DNA of 64,000 bases, from assembly GCA_041600715.1 (NCBI GenBank), contig JBFIJM010000001.1, forward strand, positions 384,387 through 448,386, given 5' to 3'. Origin of the DNA: Candidatus Saccharimonadales bacterium (GTDB taxonomy: Bacteria > Patescibacteriota > Saccharimonadia > Saccharimonadales > 2-12-FULL-41-12). The notes below the pieces were generated by a model. The model was not told the DNA's origin. It was given only the letters and a program-made list of their open reading frames with translations, and ran no database searches. Each line of letters opens with the position of its first letter. The first letter of the stretch is position 1. Of the stretch, positions 57,888 to 64,000 are shown piece by piece. A program made the position numbers and the translations under genes.

Positions 57888-59306
57888 TTAGAATGTAGGA
57901 GTTGCAATAAAGGTTGTAGCTACAGTGTACGTACCGGTCGGGGTAGTAGCATTGGCTGTTGAGCCAAATCGTAGCTTTACTAACTCATCATCAACAACAG
58001 AAGCTGAGCTAACTAAAGCTTGAGCCGTACCAGAATCTCTCCAGCCGAACTTATAACCAGCATCACTGTTTTCACAGTCACTACTACCGTCATCAGCAAC
58101 ATCATCATCGACATTACTATATACAGTGTTATATGTTCCACCAGTACCTGAACCAGTTCCACCTGCACCTAGGTTTGACGTTGAACCAATTCCACTAGTT
58201 GTGCTGGTTGAGTTGGCAATACATGCAATCTGGATACCAAATCGTTCTGTACCTGCCGTAAATGTTTCACCAGCAGAGTCATCAGCGCTAATAAAACACT
58301 GATCAGTTAGATTAGTGCCACTAGCGTTACATGTAGCTCCTGGCACACGGAAGGCTCGCAGTTCTTCTGTTCCAGTCGTGGCTTCAGAAGCGTAGTAGGT
58401 TAATGATACGCCGTTTGAGGCATTTGTATTAATCATAGCAGCACCGAACCTGTCGTTTCCGATCGATCCTGGAGGGCTATTATCTACTGGGGATCGAGCT
58501 ATGCCTAAGTTATCAATCACGCCAATATCAACGTTACTACTCTCGTTTGCTTCTGTTGCAGTACAATTGGTCGGCATATCGCCATCAGCAGAGCCAATTG
58601 AAGCTGTATTTGATCCAGCAGCATCATCAAGTGCAAACACACAGAATACAAGACGTTCCTGGACTCGGCCTGTTACAGTAAGCTGATTTACAATAGCTGC
58701 GGCAACAGTTCCGTCATGTATGGGGGTTGTGAATGTAGCAGTACTATAAAGCACTATTCTTACATATACAGGTGTGTAGTTGCCTGAAGGAATAGTTGGG
58801 TTTGTTACTGAATTTACCTGTATTAACTTCTCGTCGTTAACGGCCTCGTTAGTAGCTTCTGTTCGAGTAACACAGTACTGCGTTGATGCCCCACCATTAT
58901 CATGGTCTGTACATCCACCAGCAGTAGCACCCGTGTACTCTGTAAATGCTGTTGCATTAGTAAAACTTGTACCCCCATCTGTTGATGTAGTGGCGTGGCC
59001 TACTACCATCCCTGTTGGTAGCGTACAAGTACCTAAAGGTGTCTCACAAAAGCTTAACGCAATTGATTGAACCGGTGCTGGTGTTGCGCCAGAAGGAATA
59101 GTAAATGCAAAAGCATAACTTACTCCCGTTGCACCAGCTTGTGATGTACTTATTGTGACACGTCTACTAGCAAGTGTCTCTGCACTTGCCTGGCTCTGTA
59201 GCAGGAACGGAGCCGCTCCAGACACTGCCATGACCGATGCCACAACTATAAACGAAGCATCACGCGCTTTTTCGCGGAGAGCTTCTAGTTGAAACATACG
59301 TAACAT
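57888..59306 (-). CDS. secreted T/S/G/A-rich two-domain protein, paralogue family member (472 aa), probable major subunit
   Basis: Signal peptide (ASA/ET); five Cys pairs; own promoter and AAGGAG Shine-Dalgarno; ends ...TPTGTYTVATTFIATPTF. Confidence 0.7.
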   Translation of the reverse strand: MLRMFQLEALREKARDASFIVVASVMAVSGAAPFLLQSQASAETLASRRVTISTSQAGATGVSYAFAFTIPSGATPAPVQSIALSFCETPLGTCTLPTGMVVGHATTSTDGGTSFTNATAFTEYTGATAGGCTDHDNGGASTQYCVTRTEATNEAVNDEKLIQVNSVTNPTIPSGNYTPVYVRIVLYSTATFTTPIHDGTVAAAIVNQLTVTGRVQERLVFCVFALDDAAGSNTASIGSADGDMPTNCTATEANESSNVDIGVIDNLGIARSPVDNSPPGSIGNDRFGAAMINTNASNGVSLTYYASEATTGTEELRAFRVPGATCNASGTNLTDQCFISADDSAGETFTAGTERFGIQIACIANSTSTTSGIGSTSNLGAGGTGSGTGGTYNTVYSNVDDDVADDGSSDCENSDAGYKFGWRDSGTAQALVSSASVVDDELVKLRFGSTANATTPTGTYTVATTFIATPTF

Positions 59307-59351
59307 AATTTCTCCTTTTTATTGTTTTTGTTTTTTGTATGTACGCCTCTG

Positions 59352-59381
59352 TTTATACCATGAGCACTATACTTATAGCAA
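59352..59381 (-). promoter_or_regulatory. internal promoter TTGCTA-N18-(TGG)TATAAA ahead of the 472-aa gene
   Basis: Reverse complement of 59376..59381 is TTGCTA; reverse complement of 59352..59360 is TGGTATAAA (extended -10); an A-rich 5' UTR of about 45 nt ends in AAGGAG. Confidence 0.5.
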
Positions 59382-59411
59382 CAAGTTATCCACAGGGATG
59401 TATGTACCTAA

Positions 59412-60191
59412 TTAGAATGATGCTACGACAACAAGCACATGGCGCATTGTGTATTGACCTGCCTCGGTTAAATTAGCAATCTTTGCTATATAGCTAATAG
59501 TATAGTTCGTCTGGCCTACACCTTGGTTTCCTTGTACGGCATTTGCGACTGCAATAATGTCTCCATTGGCATACTTATACTGGTTGGAAAGCTCATATCC
59601 TGTTGCTGGCTCTCCATTTGCAAAAGTATTATCAGGTACATTTTGAGGATTCGCCCCCATCGAACCAGGAACAGTGTTAGCGACTAGATTAATACCGAAC
59701 TCCTCTATTCCATCGTCGTTAGACGGGGCACCTTGAGTAGACTTTGCATCTATTGTGTCGCCATTTTCACTAGTCAATGTTTGCGAGGCAGTTATGACAG
59801 AATACTCCGATGAAAGATAGCTTCGAACATAAAAGGTACAGCTACAGTCACCGCCTACTGCATCAGAATATGCGGTTGTATTGGGTGACAGTGTGCCAAA
59901 ATTGACATCTGCACCGGAGACAACCATCTCTAGAAAAGGCTCAGACGGAGTATTAGACCCTGCTACAACTTCATAGTTATTACTAGACCCCTGGCCAGTT
60001 CCCAGGGCACCGCTAGATTGTCGTGAACGATAATTTGGGGAACTTGCGTCTACTTCGCCTCCCGTTCCGAAGTACGACTCTTCTAGGCGGTAGTTTGGAG
60101 ATGAAGACTGTGCCAGCACTGCTAAAGGCAACAAAACCCCACATAGCGTAGCTATACTCACACCAGTCAATACACTTTTAATAACGCTCAT
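59412..60191 (-). CDS. secreted single-domain paralogue (259 aa) with SxNY repeats
   Basis: Signal peptide (VLA/QS); SSSPNYRLEES..SSPNYRSRQS..SSNNYEVV; FGINLVANTVPGSMGANP block shared with the 346-aa protein; ends ...AGQYTMRHVLVVVASF. Confidence 0.7.
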   Translation of the reverse strand: MSVIKSVLTGVSIATLCGVLLPLAVLAQSSSPNYRLEESYFGTGGEVDASSPNYRSRQSSGALGTGQGSSNNYEVVAGSNTPSEPFLEMVVSGADVNFGTLSPNTTAYSDAVGGDCSCTFYVRSYLSSEYSVITASQTLTSENGDTIDAKSTQGAPSNDDGIEEFGINLVANTVPGSMGANPQNVPDNTFANGEPATGYELSNQYKYANGDIIAVANAVQGNQGVGQTNYTISYIAKIANLTEAGQYTMRHVLVVVASF

Positions 60192-60226
60192 ATTTACTCG
60201 AAATTATAGCATAACGACTGCGCTTA

Positions 60227-60910
60227 TTATCTAGACTGAAACGTATTAAGGATCTGTGTAAACTGCGAGCTATCTGGGGTAGCTCTTAAGTTGTTATACC
60301 GGAGTGCATAAACGGCGCTAGTTCCGTCAGGCCGATCTAACCTAATATTTGTGGAGCTATCAACCAACCCTGCCATTACTGTATACATGGTACTGTCAGA
60401 GTCGCACATGATAGTCACCTTTTCAATTAATACTTCTTGGGCGCGATTACTAGTCTTGCCTCCCAAAGCTTCAGAACAATGATTAGAAATGTTTAGTGGT
60501 AGCATCTCTGAGTTATTAGACTTTAAATTAACTGGTAGTACTCGGGTTGTTTCTAAATTAGCAGGCACCTGGTTCACATAAATAACCAGCTCGTGCTCAA
60601 TAAGGCTGGATCTTAAACTACGATATACAAATTTAGATTGGGTAGATTCTGCAGGTACCTCTCCCCATGTCTTATCTGCTTGAAACTGAAAATAAGGAGT
60701 TTTAAAAACATTAATAGATGGTGCAAAATAACTATTGGTTGATTCAGAAGTTGTGGTCTGTGCGGTATTAGAAGAATCATCATTCATTACTGAGTAAAAC
60801 ATGTAGCCGATGAGAGTTAAAATACTACCAAAAACAAGTATTAGCACTAAGCGTACTTTAAGTAAGTACCTTCTTCTATCCCTATAATTTAAGTGGTTGT
60901 TATACTTCAT
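60227..60910 (-). CDS. N-terminally anchored exported hypothetical protein, first gene of the operon
   Basis: Basic N-terminus RDRRRYLLKVR plus TM LVLILVFGSILTLIGYMFY, then a 180-aa domain. Confidence 0.6.
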   Translation of the reverse strand: MKYNNHLNYRDRRRYLLKVRLVLILVFGSILTLIGYMFYSVMNDDSSNTAQTTTSESTNSYFAPSINVFKTPYFQFQADKTWGEVPAESTQSKFVYRSLRSSLIEHELVIYVNQVPANLETTRVLPVNLKSNNSEMLPLNISNHCSEALGGKTSNRAQEVLIEKVTIMCDSDSTMYTVMAGLVDSSTNIRLDRPDGTSAVYALRYNNLRATPDSSQFTQILNTFQSR

Positions 60911-60967
60911 ACCACAGTTATATTTACGCTAACCATACAATAACTAGTACCGTCCCTCTGCACATTG

Positions 60968-60981
60968 TGACATATATGTCA
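60968..60981. promoter_or_regulatory. 14-bp perfect palindrome TGACATATATGTCA in the divergent control region
   Basis: Perfect dyad. Further TGACAT or AGACAT copies at about 61012, 61024 and 61047, and a CGTTAACG palindrome at about 60993. Confidence 0.45.
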
Positions 60982-61067
60982 AAATAGGCAAACCGTTAAC
61001 GTTAATATGGCTGACATGCTTAAGACATAGTATGATATATATAATAGACATTTAGTCATTGGTGGTT

Positions 61068-62090
61068 ATGGAAGATAATAAAGAACAAAATTCGGGTGAA
61101 CAGCTTGATGCCTCTCAGGATAGTCTTGACTCAACAGACCAACAGACTCAAATAATAAACGATTCTGACGGTGATACTCTAGACGCATCAAAAAATACTG
61201 GCGAACCAGCCCCGGCAACAACTGAGGATAAAAAAAAGAACAAATCTCGCGGAGTAAAGGGGCTAGCTGGTAAGTTTAATATTTATCTTTTACTTTTCGT
61301 TTTCGTACTGCTTATTGCCGGAATTGTGACTTTCGTAAGTTACCAGCGTAGCCAGAAGGCGAGTGATCCAGCCGGGAGCGTTTCAACTGAGCCATTAAGC
61401 GATGAAGCTCTTGAGCAACTTCGTCAAACCGACGTAAAAGTCGGTGACCCTAAACAAATCTTAACTGTTGAATCAAACGCAATATTTGCTGGGAAAGTCT
61501 TAATTCGTGACAGCTTAGAAGTAGCTGGAGAAATAAAGGTAGGCGGCCCGTTAACTTTACCTGGGATAAGTGTTTCTGGAGCTAGTACGTTCGATCAGGT
61601 ATCCATAAACAATCTTCAGATTGCAGGTAACGCCACTATCCAGGGGCAGTTAAACGTCCAAAATAACCTTGGAGTGGCTGGCTCGCTTACTGTCGGGGGA
61701 ACAATATCAGCTTCGAGTCTCAATATACAAGTCCTCCTGATTAATCAAGACTTACAGATAAACGGCCATATTGACGCCGGAGGCGGTACGCCAGGTAAGT
61801 CTGATGGAGGTGCGCTAGGTGCTGGTGGCACAAGCTCAGTCAGCGGGACCGATACTGCAGGCACAGTAAACATCAACACCGGGGGCGGAACAGCGCCTGG
61901 GTGTTTTGTCACCATTAACTTCGTACGAAATTTCGGCCAAACGCCTCATGTTGTAATTACACCGGTTGGACCGGCAGGAGGCGTCCTGAACTATTACATA
62001 AATCGTAACTCGAGCGGTTTTAGTATTTGTACAGCAAACCCTGCTCCTGTTGGTCAGAACTTTGCTTTTGACTATATAGTTATCGATTGA
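61068..62090 (+). CDS. bitopic protein with acidic N-terminus, TM and exported beta-helix-like repeat domain
   Basis: Track ORF trimmed to ATG 61068; TM IYLLLFVFVLLIAGIVTFV; degenerate repeats (VAGEIKVGGPLTLPG / IAGNATIQGQLNVQNNLGVAGSLTVGG). Confidence 0.6.
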   Translation: MEDNKEQNSGEQLDASQDSLDSTDQQTQIINDSDGDTLDASKNTGEPAPATTEDKKKNKSRGVKGLAGKFNIYLLLFVFVLLIAGIVTFVSYQRSQKASDPAGSVSTEPLSDEALEQLRQTDVKVGDPKQILTVESNAIFAGKVLIRDSLEVAGEIKVGGPLTLPGISVSGASTFDQVSINNLQIAGNATIQGQLNVQNNLGVAGSLTVGGTISASSLNIQVLLINQDLQINGHIDAGGGTPGKSDGGALGAGGTSSVSGTDTAGTVNINTGGGTAPGCFVTINFVRNFGQTPHVVITPVGPAGGVLNYYINRNSSGFSICTANPAPVGQNFAFDYIVID

Positions 62091-62097
62091 TTAATGA

Positions 62098-62448
62098 TTA
62101 CACATCAAGAAAAATAGTCACCTTGTTGCTGTGAACATACATGACACCGCGTGATATTTTGATGCGCTTGTCTCCAGTGCTCGATGACTTAATTGCTAGC
62201 TCGCAAGGTGATAATAGCGTTATAAAATTATGATGACGCGGAAGTATATCAAATGGTCCGGTAAGATTTTCGGCTGAGATACTCTCGGCATCGTCATCGT
62301 AATACACCTGATAAGGCGAATAGACCTTGATGTGGATGGTGGTTGCAGTATCTTCTGGTTTTTGTTTTTTGGTATCTTTCGTTTGAGTGTTTTCTACAGC
62401 TGTATCAGGAGGAGGTGAAGCATCTGTCTCTGGGTCTTTTTGGGTCAT
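62098..62448 (-). CDS. atpC: F1 ATP synthase epsilon subunit, beta-sandwich only
   Basis: ENLTGPFDILPRHHNFITLL...MYVHSNKVTIFLDV; about 35-aa disordered N-extension; no C-terminal helical hairpin. Confidence 0.75.
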   Translation of the reverse strand: MTQKDPETDASPPPDTAVENTQTKDTKKQKPEDTATTIHIKVYSPYQVYYDDDAESISAENLTGPFDILPRHHNFITLLSPCELAIKSSSTGDKRIKISRGVMYVHSNKVTIFLDV

Positions 62449-62460
62449 ATATATTCCTCT

Positions 62461-64000
<1,540 letters not shown>

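Overview
This 64-kb window is dense and mostly housekeeping, with about 60 CDS, all but six on the minus strand, and seven tRNA genes that all encode CCA. I saw no rRNA, CRISPR array, transposase or integrase. The gene content fits a small-genome bacterium with a Gram-positive-type envelope. Acidic tails on S16, L25 and the KH protein, short AlaRS, UvrC and AtpC, and many N-anchored hypothetical proteins suggest a Patescibacteria/CPR (Saccharibacteria-like) organism. That taxonomic call is an inference from memory and cannot be checked here. Recognisable genes include a partial sod, trmD, rpsP, rnc, nusB, rpmF, leuS, ddl, murF, ligA, htpX, lemA, csoR, secG, pepP, uvrC, trhO, rplY, uvrA, sbcB, a class II photolyase, obg, mltG, ruvX, ftsA, alaS, mnmA and atpGDC. 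Three things stand out. (1) A six-gene operon at 54.8-60.9 kb, plus a divergent gene to 62.1 kb, encodes exported Ig-like and beta-rich proteins; it resembles a csc/WxL-type surface complex but lacks WxL, LPXTG, sortase or usher signatures. (2) Five tRNA genes sit among sequence-matched copies of their own 5' and 3' ends and inverted copies of their D- or T-arms. For tRNA-Ala and tRNA-Gly these copies form a conserved promoter-plus-anti-D-arm leader module. (3) A 2-kb islet is bounded by direct repeats of the tRNA-Gly 3' end. Smaller items are an HNH endonuclease gene between two tRNAs that reads into tRNA-Leu, a CsoR/DUF305/DUF4396 copper module with a candidate operator, and a Cys-rich secreted protein. 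All function calls rest on motifs read by eye; no database search was possible.
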